This document shows, piece by piece, positions 26,694 through 36,918 of a stretch of DNA of 36,918 nt. The notes beneath the pieces were generated by a model. It was not told the DNA's origin and did not search any database. It saw only the letters and a program-made list of their open reading frames with translations. The stretch lies in contig DATJOQ010000449.1 of assembly GCA_035506935.1 (NCBI GenBank), forward strand, positions 1 to 36,918, in the 5' to 3' direction. The number at the start of each line of letters is the position of its first letter. The stretch's first letter is position 1. A program made the position numbers and the translations under genes. This DNA is from Candidatus Binataceae bacterium. GTDB lineage: Bacteria > Desulfobacterota > Binatia > Binatales > Binataceae.

Positions 26694-27527
26694 ATGCTGA
26701 AACGAGTCGATCGTGTACAAATCGTGGTACCCAGACGCGCCGAAGCCGAAGACGTGGCGGCCGCAATCATGGGCGCGGAGCTAATACGTCAAGATCACGT
26801 AAAGCCACTCGCCGCCAGCCGCTCCGTGCTTCAGGCAGGATCGAGCTTGATAGAATTTTTGCAACCCGATGGGGCCGGTCCGATCGCGGATTTCGCCGCG
26901 CGATGGAACGGCGGCCTTTATGCCGTGGGGTTATCCGTCGGCGAGGTCGAAGACGCCGCGGCCCATTTCGATCGCGTCGGCGTCAACTACGAACGCTCAA
27001 CCGGACAGCTCTTTCTCGACGCGGCGGCGACCGGCGGGATGCCGACAGTTATCAGCGCCTTTCACGAGCGCGCGCCGGTTGGCGCAATCAGGTGGATGTT
27101 CGAGGTGACCAATGTTGTTTCGGATTGGCGCGCAACCGCAGATCGATACGCGCGGATCTTCGCGCTCGATCCCGCGCGCAACGTCCCGATCGAAATCGAC
27201 CATTTTGGTTACACCGGCACCCTGATGATGTTCGACACACCCGCGCGTCTCGACCGCATCGAGATTTCCCAGCCCACCCGCGAAGCGGCGATGGGCCGCT
27301 TCCACCAGCGCCACGGCGATTCGCTCTACATGTTCTACGTCGAAACCGATAACGTCGAAGCGATCGCCGAGCGGCTTGAGGCGCGCGGCGGCCGTTTCAC
27401 CCCGCGTCAGGAAGGCGTTCACGACGGTCTATGGATACATCCGACCGCGTTTTGTGGCGTGCTCGTTGGAGTGAGCCGCACCAACGTCGCCTGGCGATGG
27501 TCGGGCGACCCGGAACGTGGTCGCTAA
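26694..27527 (+). CDS. Two-module VOC (glyoxalase/bleomycin-resistance/extradiol dioxygenase) superfamily protein
   Basis: 277 aa from the ATG at 26694, which has GAGGA 7 nt upstream; the track start is TTG at 26679. There are two repeats of a beta-alpha-beta-beta-beta-like pattern ('VDRVQIVV...LIEFLQP...LYAVGLSVGEVEDAAAHF' and 'MFEVTNVV...RIEISQP...LYMFYVETDNVEAIAERL'). The assignment is by pattern only. Confidence 0.55.
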   Translation: MLKRVDRVQIVVPRRAEAEDVAAAIMGAELIRQDHVKPLAASRSVLQAGSSLIEFLQPDGAGPIADFAARWNGGLYAVGLSVGEVEDAAAHFDRVGVNYERSTGQLFLDAAATGGMPTVISAFHERAPVGAIRWMFEVTNVVSDWRATADRYARIFALDPARNVPIEIDHFGYTGTLMMFDTPARLDRIEISQPTREAAMGRFHQRHGDSLYMFYVETDNVEAIAERLEARGGRFTPRQEGVHDGLWIHPTAFCGVLVGVSRTNVAWRWSGDPERGR

Positions 27528-27624
27528 ATCCTGTAGCGATATATATTTCGAATAGCTGCTGAAGCTTCGCAAGTCAGTAATACCGATTCGCCTAAACACT
27601 GAGTAATCAAAGAGAGAATCCTAT

Positions 27625-28404
27625 ATGGCAGGAAAATTTGAAAATAAGGTCGCGCTCATCACCGCCGGCGGGTCCGGAATCGGCGCCGCCACTGCACGTC
27701 GATTTGCCGCTGAAGGCGCCTCGATCGTTATCGCCGATATCAGCGGCACGCGCGCCGAGCAGGTCGCAACCGAAATCGCCAAGCAAGGCGGTCAAGTGAA
27801 ATGGATAAAGATGGACGCTTCCGATCCCGAGGGCGTTCAGGCCGCGATACGTCTCGCGCTCGACAATTGGGGCCGCCTCGACGTGACGTTCAACAACGCC
27901 GGTCACAGCGTCGCCGCGCTGCTCGAAGACATCACGCTCGAGACCTGGAACCGCATCCTCGCCGTGACCCTAACCAGCGTCTTCCTCGGGATGAAGTACA
28001 GCCTGCCGATCATGCGCAAGCAGGGTAGCGGCGCGATCGTCAACACCGCCTCGATTTCGGGCCTGGTCGGCGATTACGGGATGTCCGCTTACAACGCCGC
28101 GAAAGCCGGGGTCGTGAACCTGACGCGCGCCGCGGCATTGGAAAACGCCAAGCACAAGATTCGCGTCAACTGCGTCTGCCCCGGCCCCATCAACACGAGA
28201 GTTACCCAACTTCTGGGCGGCAACGATCCCGCCGGCCTGCGCGAGAAGTTCAACCAGAACCCACTGGGCCGCATCGGCGAACCCGAAGAAATCGCCAACG
28301 CAGTGGTCTTTCTGGCTTCCGAAGAGGCATCGCTGATTACCGGAGCAGCAATCGTCGCCGACGGCGGCTTGACCGCTCATACTGGAGCGCCCCATTTTGT
28401 TTAG
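27625..28404 (+). CDS. Short-chain dehydrogenase/reductase (classical SDR)
   Basis: 259 aa. Has 'TAGGSGIGAATA', 'NNAG' and the catalytic 'YNAAK'. Confidence 0.9.
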   Translation: MAGKFENKVALITAGGSGIGAATARRFAAEGASIVIADISGTRAEQVATEIAKQGGQVKWIKMDASDPEGVQAAIRLALDNWGRLDVTFNNAGHSVAALLEDITLETWNRILAVTLTSVFLGMKYSLPIMRKQGSGAIVNTASISGLVGDYGMSAYNAAKAGVVNLTRAAALENAKHKIRVNCVCPGPINTRVTQLLGGNDPAGLREKFNQNPLGRIGEPEEIANAVVFLASEEASLITGAAIVADGGLTAHTGAPHFV

Positions 28405-28426
28405 GCAGGTGACGCAGCCACATACG

Positions 28427-28451
28427 ATATCTCGTGGGTCCCACGAGATAT
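28427..28451. promoter_or_regulatory. 25-bp perfect palindrome ATATCTCGTGGG-T-CCCACGAGATAT (operator or U-tract-less terminator)
   Basis: Exact 12-bp arms around a single central T. It lies 22 nt after the SDR stop and 199 nt before the permease start. No T-run follows on either strand. Confidence 0.4.
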
Positions 28452-28649
28452 AACCCATAAAAACAGGATTTTCCTGATTTCTCTCAACCATCAGCCTTCG
28501 CCAGATTTCTCCTGATGAACGATTCCGCCCCGTAAAATTGGGCGCGGCACAATAACTGCTCATAGGCAGAGACCTTCGTACACTAACTTGCTGCACGTCG
28601 CGCTCCCCCGATCGAGCCGGCGCGCGATTATTAACTCTGAGAAAAGCCG

Positions 28650-30011
28650 ATGGCCGAACTTCAACACGAAGCTGTAACCGATATCGACTACTCCACCGTT
28701 CCCGTCCCATACGACGCACGGATGCCCAAGTTCGCTCTCACGATGGCGTGGTGGGCGATGTGCAGCGGCATGTTCTGGCTGGTAGTCGCGGCGATGCTCG
28801 CCATGAACTTCGGCGCGATGAACGCTCTGGTGGGATTAGCGCTGTCGGTCGTGTTGTACAGTCTCATCAACGGCGTGATGAGCCGTTTCTCGATTCGAAC
28901 CGGCCTCTCGGTCGCGCTATTTTCGCGAACACTGTTTGGTACCGTGGGAGCCGGTTTGGCCACGGCGATTTTTTTCGTTACCGCTATTTACTATTCCGTT
29001 TTCGAAGGATCGGTTATCGCAGTAGCTATCCATTCGTATACTCCGACCGTCACGTTAAATACTGCGTATTTGATCGTCGTGATTTACAGCGTGATATTCA
29101 TTTTGGGCTCGATCCAGCATTGGCTCGATATGTTTAATGGCGTATTGCTGCCGCTTTACGTAATCGGTCTAATCGCGGCTATCACGACCGCTATCGCAGA
29201 ATACGGCCTCACTGGCAATTGGCTGCATCTTGGCCCGGCCGCAGGCACGCTCACCTTCGCCGGCGTCTGGTACACGTTTACCTATTTTATGGGCGTATGC
29301 ATCGTGTTCTTGTTTACTTTTGACTACGCCAGATTCGGTAAATTGGAAGACAGTGCATATCATGCCAATATCGACTTCGGTTGGCTCTTCTTTATAGTAA
29401 CTTTCGTTGTAAACGGAGCCGCGGGCATCTTTCTCGCCGGAACCGTGCCGACTCCCGGTGGCTTGTCGGAGATCTCCGCAGTTTTGGCGCTGTTAAAGCT
29501 GATGGGTGTGTTTGGATTGCTCTTCGTCTGGGTAACTCAGACGCGAATCAACACCGCCAATTTCTTCATGGCGGCAACCAACATTCACGCTTTTGGCGAA
29601 GGCCTTTTCGGCATCAGGCTGCCGCGCTTCGTATGGGCGATTATTATCGGCGTGTCCGTGTATTTGCTGATGCTGACCAACGTCTTCAGCTTCATGTTGC
29701 AAGCGCTGGCCTATCAAGGAATTTTCGTCGTAGCCTGGGTAGCGATCGCGACCGCGCACATTTTGTTCGTGAGCGAAGGCGACGAAACACCTTCGTCGCC
29801 GCCCGCCGCCGCGACCGCTTCGCTCCATGTTCGAGGACTCACCGCCTGGTTCGGTTCCGCGGTGCTGGGCGTGATTCTCACCAATCTCGGTGGCGCCACC
29901 GCAACTTTTTCCGCGCCGGTTACCGCGCTCGTAGCATTTTCCCTTTACATGTTGATTCCCAGCCGTGAACCCGCGGTGGCCTGGTCCGGCGGCGAATCCA
30001 GCGTCTCGTAA
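28650..30011 (+). CDS. NCS1 / purine-cytosine permease-like transporter (about 12 TM)
   Basis: 453 aa and highly hydrophobic. The N-terminal 'VPVPYDARMPKFALTMAWWAMCSGMFW' resembles the start of CodB/NCS1-type permeases. The family call is by pattern only. Confidence 0.6.
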   Translation: MAELQHEAVTDIDYSTVPVPYDARMPKFALTMAWWAMCSGMFWLVVAAMLAMNFGAMNALVGLALSVVLYSLINGVMSRFSIRTGLSVALFSRTLFGTVGAGLATAIFFVTAIYYSVFEGSVIAVAIHSYTPTVTLNTAYLIVVIYSVIFILGSIQHWLDMFNGVLLPLYVIGLIAAITTAIAEYGLTGNWLHLGPAAGTLTFAGVWYTFTYFMGVCIVFLFTFDYARFGKLEDSAYHANIDFGWLFFIVTFVVNGAAGIFLAGTVPTPGGLSEISAVLALLKLMGVFGLLFVWVTQTRINTANFFMAATNIHAFGEGLFGIRLPRFVWAIIIGVSVYLLMLTNVFSFMLQALAYQGIFVVAWVAIATAHILFVSEGDETPSSPPAAATASLHVRGLTAWFGSAVLGVILTNLGGATATFSAPVTALVAFSLYMLIPSREPAVAWSGGESSVS

Positions 30012-30151
30012 ATTCTCGCCCCGCCACAATAGAATGTAGGTAGCCGCGATTGTGCTGCCACGGGCCGGTTTCGTTTGGTCCGGCGCTCGCATGGTTTTCG
30101 CTCGCTGCGTGCTGCGGGATAAACGGCTCATCACCACGACGCGCATCCGTA

Positions 30152-32260
30152 ATGCTGAAGACTTTAATTATCGACAACTACGACTCCTTCACCTTTAACC
30201 TCTATCAACTGATCGGCCAGGTAAACGGCGAAGCGCCTATCGTAGTGAAGAACGACGCGCTCGACTGGAATGAACTGCAGCGTTTGCGTTTCGATAATAT
30301 AGTCATCTCGCCCGGCCCGGGCCGGCCCGATCGACAAAAAGATTTCGGCGTATGCGCCGACGTGATTCGTCGCGCTGAACTTCCAATCCTCGGCGTCTGT
30401 CTCGGCCACCAGGGAATCGCCATGCTTCATGGCGCGACGCTGCACTACGCAGCCGAGCCGATGCACGGTCGAATCAGCAGGATTCATCATTGCGGCGAGG
30501 ATTTATTCGAAGGCATACCGTCGCCGTTTCCGGCCGTGCGCTACCATTCACTGATCGTCAGCTACGATTTGCCCGCGTGCCTGATGAAGCTCGCCTGGAC
30601 CGACGACGGCGTCCTGATGGCTCTGCGCCATCGCACGCGCCCGCTATGGGGCGTGCAGTTCCATCCCGAGTCGATCTGCACTAACTATGGAATGCGGCTG
30701 CTGGAGCACTTCAAAGCTATCACCGAGCACCATATCGCCTCGCGCGCTGCACGCACGGTCACACACCAATCCGCTCAGGATTCTGCGTCCAAGGTGCACC
30801 GTCAGCCTCAAAGCGCTCCTCAAGGGCGTTTCACGGTTCGCGTCCGCAAGCTTAACTATTTCGCCGATCCTGAGACGGTCTTCGTAAAACTATTCGGAGA
30901 CGCGCCTATCGCCTTCTGGCTAGATAGCAGCTTGACCAGGCCCGGCCTTTCGCGATTCTCTTTCATGGGCGACGCTGCCGGGCCGAATAGCCAGTTGATA
31001 TCTTACGATACTCACAACACTAACCTCACTGTGAGGTCTAATTCGCATACGGCGTCGTATGAAGAGAGTATCTTTGATTTCTTGGCAAGAGATCTGGCGA
31101 TTCGCCACGTGGCTGACGCCGGACTTCCCTTCATCTTCAATTGCGGTTTCGTTGGCTATTTTGGCTATGAGTTGAAACGCGAGTGCGGCGCCAGCTCCTC
31201 GCATCGATCCCCCCTGCCCGATGCGCAGTTTCTTCTCGCCGACCGCGTCATCGCCTTCGACCATCAAGAGCGTCAGGTTTACTTGTTATGCCTGGAAACA
31301 CTCGACGCGCCTTCTCAGGCCGAACAATGGTTCGAGCGGACCGAGACTGAATTAAACTCGATATCTGCTCCGCCGCAACCGAGAATCGTCGAAGCGGCAA
31401 ACCCGCGTCAATTCGAGTGGCGCTATTCGCCCGATGCCTACCTGTCTTTGATCGAGACGTGCAAGCACGAGATTCGCGAGGGTGAATCCTACGAGCTCTG
31501 TCTGACCAATCATCTTAGCGCGCGCCTCGCGGTCGACCCGCTCGACGCTTACCGCGCGCTGCGCCGGCTTAATCCCGCCCCATACGCAGCCTTTTTGCGC
31601 TTCGACCGCCTCGCGATTCTGAGCTCTTCCTTCGAACGATTTCTCTCTGTCGATAGCGGCAGCACGGTCGTATCTAAACCGGTCAAAGGCACTGCGCCGC
31701 GCGGAAGAAACGACGTTGAGGATCGCGCGCTCCGTGACGGGCTTGCGGCCAGCGAGAAAAATCGCGCCGAGAACCTTATGATCGTTGATCTGGTGCGCAA
31801 CGATTTGGGCCGCGTGTGCGAACTCGGCAGCGTTGAGGTACCGCGCTTGATGGTAGTCGAGAGCTATGCGACGGTGCATCAACTGGTGAGCACGATTCGC
31901 GGGCGTCTCAGCCGCGGTATCACCGCGCTCGACTGTGTGAGGGCGGCGTTTCCGGCCGGCTCGATGACCGGGGCGCCCAAGCGCCGCGCGATGGAAATCC
32001 TCGATCGTCTCGAAGGCGCTGCGCGTGGAATTTACTCCGGCGCGCTGGGTTTCCTGGCGCTCAACGGCGCCGCCGATCTAAGCGTTGTGATTCGCACGAT
32101 CGTGACGACCCCGAGCGAGGTTTCCTTCGGCACCGGCGGCGCGATCGTCGCGCTCTCAGATCCGCAGGAAGAGCTGGAAGAGATTCGGCTCAAGGCTAAA
32201 GCGCTGGTCGCGGCAATCTCTGCGATGTGCCCACAAACGCCAACGGCTAAGCCTTCTTAA
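30152..32260 (+). CDS. pabB: Fused aminodeoxychorismate synthase (PabA glutamine amidotransferase + PabB chorismate-binding domain)
   Basis: GATase motifs 'LIIDNYDSFTFNLYQ', 'GVCLGHQ' and 'FHPES'. Chorismate-enzyme motifs 'SSFERFL', 'KGTAPRG', 'GSMTGAPK' and 'RGIYSGALG'. The start is taken as the ATG at 30152 (MLKTLII); the track ORF extends to 30050. Confidence 0.85.
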   Translation: MLKTLIIDNYDSFTFNLYQLIGQVNGEAPIVVKNDALDWNELQRLRFDNIVISPGPGRPDRQKDFGVCADVIRRAELPILGVCLGHQGIAMLHGATLHYAAEPMHGRISRIHHCGEDLFEGIPSPFPAVRYHSLIVSYDLPACLMKLAWTDDGVLMALRHRTRPLWGVQFHPESICTNYGMRLLEHFKAITEHHIASRAARTVTHQSAQDSASKVHRQPQSAPQGRFTVRVRKLNYFADPETVFVKLFGDAPIAFWLDSSLTRPGLSRFSFMGDAAGPNSQLISYDTHNTNLTVRSNSHTASYEESIFDFLARDLAIRHVADAGLPFIFNCGFVGYFGYELKRECGASSSHRSPLPDAQFLLADRVIAFDHQERQVYLLCLETLDAPSQAEQWFERTETELNSISAPPQPRIVEAANPRQFEWRYSPDAYLSLIETCKHEIREGESYELCLTNHLSARLAVDPLDAYRALRRLNPAPYAAFLRFDRLAILSSSFERFLSVDSGSTVVSKPVKGTAPRGRNDVEDRALRDGLAASEKNRAENLMIVDLVRNDLGRVCELGSVEVPRLMVVESYATVHQLVSTIRGRLSRGITALDCVRAAFPAGSMTGAPKRRAMEILDRLEGAARGIYSGALGFLALNGAADLSVVIRTIVTTPSEVSFGTGGAIVALSDPQEELEEIRLKAKALVAAISAMCPQTPTAKPS

Positions 32261-32269
32261 CGTTTTCAC

Positions 32270-32950
32270 ATGTGCGCGCTCGGCCACGATCACGACGGCT
32301 TTGAATTGATCGAAACCACGCGATGGACTCGCGAAGAGGGTTTGTGGCTGCTCGACTATCATCTCGAGCGGCTGCAGCGCTCGGCGGAATATTTTGGATT
32401 CAATTGCGATCTCACCCGCGTCCGCGACGCGCTGGAGCAACACGCGGCGTCTCTCGATTCAACGCAACCATGGCGCGTGCGGATGACGCTTGCGCGCGAC
32501 GGCATAATCGCCGTCACTTCTTCGCGGCTCATGAGCCCGCCAGCCGAAGCGGGCCTCCCCATCGTAACCATCTCGAAGAAATACACGGACAGCCGCGACA
32601 TTTTTCTTCGTCACAAAACCACCAATCGCCGCCTTTACGACATCGAATTCAGCCGCGCGGCGAGCCTCGGTTGTGTCGAGGTGCTGTTTCGCAATCGGCG
32701 CGGCGAAATGACCGAAGGCTCACGCACCAATCTGTTCGTTCAATCCAGCGATTCTCTGCTTACACCGCCGCTTCGATGTGGCCTGCTGGAGGGAACCTTG
32801 CGCCGCTCGATACTGCTACGGACGGACGTCAAGGTCGAGGAGGCCGTCATCAAACCCGAGGATCTCAAGCGCGCGGAAAAAATTCTGATCGGCAATTCGG
32901 TGATGGGATTGGTGGCGGTCCGATTGCTCCAAAGCGAAGTTCAGGCGTAG
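32270..32950 (+). CDS. pabC: Aminodeoxychorismate lyase-like, short fold-type IV (class IV aminotransferase) protein
   Basis: 226 aa, starting 9 nt after the pabAB stop. 'FELIETTRW...LLDYHLERLQRSAEYFGF' and 'EGSRTNLFV....LLTPPLRCGLLEGTLRRSIL' match the class IV fold. Confidence 0.65.
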   Translation: MCALGHDHDGFELIETTRWTREEGLWLLDYHLERLQRSAEYFGFNCDLTRVRDALEQHAASLDSTQPWRVRMTLARDGIIAVTSSRLMSPPAEAGLPIVTISKKYTDSRDIFLRHKTTNRRLYDIEFSRAASLGCVEVLFRNRRGEMTEGSRTNLFVQSSDSLLTPPLRCGLLEGTLRRSILLRTDVKVEEAVIKPEDLKRAEKILIGNSVMGLVAVRLLQSEVQA

Positions 32951-33016
32951 ATCGAACTGCCCACTGTCCGGACATGAGTTGAGAGCTGCGGAGGTGTATG
33001 TTAATCCCTAGACGCT

Positions 33017-33091
33017 CGGGGCGTGGCGCAGTCTGGTTAGCGCACCTGCCTTGGGAGCAGGGGGTCGGCCGTTCAAATCGGCTCGCCCCGA
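33017..33091 (+). tRNA. tRNA-Pro (anticodon TGG)
   Basis: The cloverleaf folds by hand: acceptor CGGGGCG/CGCCCCG, anticodon arm CCTGC-CTTGGGA-GCAGG, T-loop TTCAAAT. No encoded CCA. Confidence 0.95.
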
Positions 33092-33096
33092 TTTTC

Positions 33097-33173
<77 letters not shown>

Positions 33174-33217
33174 TTGTCGAAGCGGCCGGGCCGCCGGCAT
33201 GAGATTCGAGTTCCGGC

Positions 33218-33296
33218 GGTGAGTGTAGCTCAGCTTGGTTAGAGCACCGGGTTGTGGCCTCGGTGGTCGAGGGTTCAAATCCCTTCACTCACCCCA
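33218..33296 (+). tRNA. tRNA-His (anticodon GTG)
   Basis: Encoded G-1, acceptor GTGAGTG/CACTCAC, anticodon arm CCGGG-TTGTGGC-CTCGG, T-loop TTCAAAT, encoded CCA. Confidence 0.95.
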
Positions 33297-33334
33297 AAAG
33301 TTTTGCACGATCGTCTCGCCGATTGTGACCTGGT

Positions 33335-33410
<76 letters not shown>

Positions 33411-33505
33411 ATCAAAGCCAAAAACAATCGAAGCGGTTTGAGCCGCCCTCGCGATGCGGGTGCTCTCCGCACTTTGAAATGGGTAGATGAACCGTCGGGC
33501 GATCG

Positions 33506-33574
33506 TCACCCGCGGCGCGCACCTCCGATCCTTATCGGATCGTATTCCGACGCGCCGCGGGTGATCGCTTTTGT
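33506..33574. terminator. Long hairpin between tRNA cluster (+) and katG (-), with T-run on the plus strand
   Basis: TCACCCGCGGCGCG (33506-33519) pairs perfectly with CGCGCCGCGGGTGA (33551-33564). It is followed by TCGCTTTTGT and lies directly after the katG stop on the other strand. Confidence 0.5.
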
Positions 33575-33577
33575 AGC

Positions 33578-35776
<2,199 letters not shown>

Positions 35777-35885
35777 CTAAACAATTGCGATGAGCTGCGA
35801 GTCCGGCAATCCGTCAAGGCCGCTCGGCCTTTTCGATTGCCTCAACTCGCAGCGTTTGTCCTTTTTGCCTACTTCCGATTTTCGT

Positions 35886-36437
35886 TCAAACCGTAGCCTC
35901 GTCTGTTTCCTGATTTTTGTCTTCGCGCTGATTCGTGTGGCGCGAACGTTGGCCTTGAGTTCGCTTCTCGGCCAATTGACATCGCTTGCAGAGCGCGTCG
36001 ATTTCCAGCGAACAGCGCAGCAGTGCGAATTGCCCCAGGCTGGCTGTTCCTTCGAGCAGCTTGTCCACGTCAGGAACCTCGATGTCGTATACTCGCCTGC
36101 ATTGGACGCAAAGCACGTGATGATGAGGCTCCACGTTGCCGTCGTAGCGCGCGGCGTCGTACAGCAGCGTTACCTTGCGCGCCTCTCCCACGTCGCAAAA
36201 TTGCTCCAGAATCCGATGAACTGTGGCCAGCGAGACGTGCGGATTCCTGCGGCGTACTGCCACGCAGATCTCGTCGGCGCTGGGATGCCCTTCCGAAGCG
36301 AGCAGCGCTCGTATCACCGCAAGCCGCTGAGGTGTGACGGCAATCCCCCGCTTACGACATCGCGCAACGAACTCGCCGAGTCGTCGGGCGGAGTACCTCT
36401 CACGCCACCGTCGATCTAACAGCCTGAGTCCTCGCAT
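35886..36437 (-). CDS. furA: Fur-family transcriptional regulator (FurA/PerR-like, katG-linked)
   Basis: wHTH 'VTPQRLAVIRALL...HPSADEI', metal sites 'HHHVLCVQC' and 'CKRC'. The ATG at 36437 has AGGA upstream; the track ORF extends to 36491. There is a charged tail of about 28 aa after the last CxxC. Confidence 0.85.
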   Translation of the reverse strand: MRGLRLLDRRWRERYSARRLGEFVARCRKRGIAVTPQRLAVIRALLASEGHPSADEICVAVRRRNPHVSLATVHRILEQFCDVGEARKVTLLYDAARYDGNVEPHHHVLCVQCRRVYDIEVPDVDKLLEGTASLGQFALLRCSLEIDALCKRCQLAEKRTQGQRSRHTNQREDKNQETDEATV

Positions 36438-36531
36438 GAACGAATCCTGCCCGACACACGAAAAGTGAGCACCGAGCCCAAGGGGAAGCATACGACGGCT
36501 GACAGGTTGGATAATCGGCAGGTTCAGCCGA

Positions 36532-36549
36532 TACCTGCACTTACCTGCA
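36532..36549. promoter_or_regulatory. Tandem TACCTGCA x2 with 10-bp period upstream of furA (candidate operator)
   Basis: TACCTGCA occurs at 36532-36539 and 36542-36549, about 95-110 nt upstream of the furA ATG. The GTCAAGC half-sites at 36589 and 36620 are also noted. Confidence 0.2.
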
Positions 36550-36654
36550 ACTAACTACTAACCGTCCCGTACCACATCATAAGAAATTGTCAAGCTTCGG
36601 ATGCATGTAAGCTTATCGCGTCAAGCCTTGGAAAGCCGATTGCAGCAGAATTCG

Positions 36655-36695
36655 TTTAAAAAATACGGGGCCGATCGGTTACACGACGGCCCCGT
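36655..36695 (-). terminator. Rho-independent terminator of the minus-strand gene ending at 36721
   Basis: Perfect 9-bp stem ACGGGGCCG (36665-36673) / CGGCCCCGT (36687-36695). On the minus strand it is followed by ATTTTTTAAA (plus-strand A-run 36658-36663). Confidence 0.7.
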
Positions 36696-36720
36696 CATCT
36701 CACGTCGATGTCGATGTTGG

Positions 36721-36918
36721 TTAGGGGCCGAGCCCGGGCACCGTCTGCAAGCAAAGCCAGACCGAAAGCGTGCCCCACACGTCGGTGGTGGTTTCTATTC
36801 TCCACAGGGGTCCGGATGCGCCCACCACGTACGTCGGATTGGACGTCGCTGGCGGAACCGGTGGGTTCGCCGCGAACGACATCGTCTCCGGCAGACCCGC
36901 ATGGGACGCTGTGTCTTC
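36721..36918 (-). CDS. 3' end (65 codons) of an unidentified gene running off the window
   Basis: The reading frame is open from the window edge to the TAA at 36721-36723. Translation: ...PVPPATSNPTYVVGASGPLWRIETTTDVWGTLSVWLCLQTVPGLGP. Third-codon positions are strongly G/C-biased, like the other genes, and a canonical terminator follows. It is absent from the ORF track because no start lies in the window. Confidence 0.4.
   Translation of the reverse strand, partial: EDTASHAGLPETMSFAANPPVPPATSNPTYVVGASGPLWRIETTTDVWGTLSVWLCLQTVPGLGP

Noticed and set aside
28630-28649. CTGAGA just upstream of the NCS1 permease start as a hint of a TPP riboswitch (CytX-type permeases are often TPP-regulated)
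   Set aside because: The other conserved TPP-element segments (a GGGGTGC-like P1/P2 and an ACCTGATCTGGATAATGCCAGCG-like pyrophosphate arm) are absent from the leader.
30050-30151. 34-codon upstream extension of pabAB (track start at 30050)
   Set aside because: The extension ('MCCHGPVSFGPALAWFSLAACCGINGSS...') is not part of any GATase. The conserved amidotransferase N-terminus begins exactly at the ATG at 30152 (MLKTLIIDNYDSFT).
36812-36830. GCCCACCA similarity to the 3' end of tRNA-Lys as a possible att site bounding furA-katG
   Set aside because: Only 8 nt match, which is about what chance predicts. There is no integrase or other mobile gene between the tRNA and this site.

Overview
This is a 36.9-kb GC-rich bacterial chromosomal segment. 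Coding lines I hand-counted are about 60% G+C. It is densely packed with about 30 protein genes and a 4-tRNA cluster. I see no rRNA, CRISPR array, transposase, integrase, phage gene or recognisable defence gene.

Gene order, left to right:
- GT39/ArnT-like membrane glycosyltransferase
- Sir2/CobB deacylase
- enoyl-CoA hydratase
- secreted DUF1329 protein
- acyl-CoA dehydrogenase
- PdxH
- a minus-strand block (8.26-12.4 kb): two tandem amicyanin-like cupredoxin fusion proteins, a class I cytochrome c, a radical SAM enzyme with an eroded SPASM region, and a DUF4213/DUF364 protein
- acyl-CoA dehydrogenase plus a split MaoC/hotdog hydratase pair
- an orphan methyl-accepting chemotaxis protein
- a fused 1180-aa indolepyruvate:ferredoxin oxidoreductase-family protein
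- an SDR
- an acetone-carboxylase-like beta-alpha-gamma operon, divergent from a VOC-SDR-NCS1 permease unit
- fused PabAB plus PabC
- tRNA Pro-Arg-His-Lys
- furA-katG
- the 3' end of one further gene

Most of this is ordinary catabolic and redox housekeeping. Five things are not explained by textbook annotation:
1. The DUF364 + radical SAM pair, and the adjacent cytochrome c + double cupredoxin module.
2. A three-subunit hydantoinase-family carboxylase with a non-canonical gamma subunit and its divergent partner genes.
3. A dispersed GTCATYCYGAG...GARGAATCTC palindromic repeat family found only at 3' ends of genes.
4. A 560-bp ORF-free stretch of about 40% G+C upstream of the DUF1329 gene.
5. 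A 25-bp perfect palindrome in a long permease leader.

I do not see compelling evidence for a discrete novel system such as a defence or mobile module, so scores are moderate. All family assignments come from motif recognition by eye. No database search was run.
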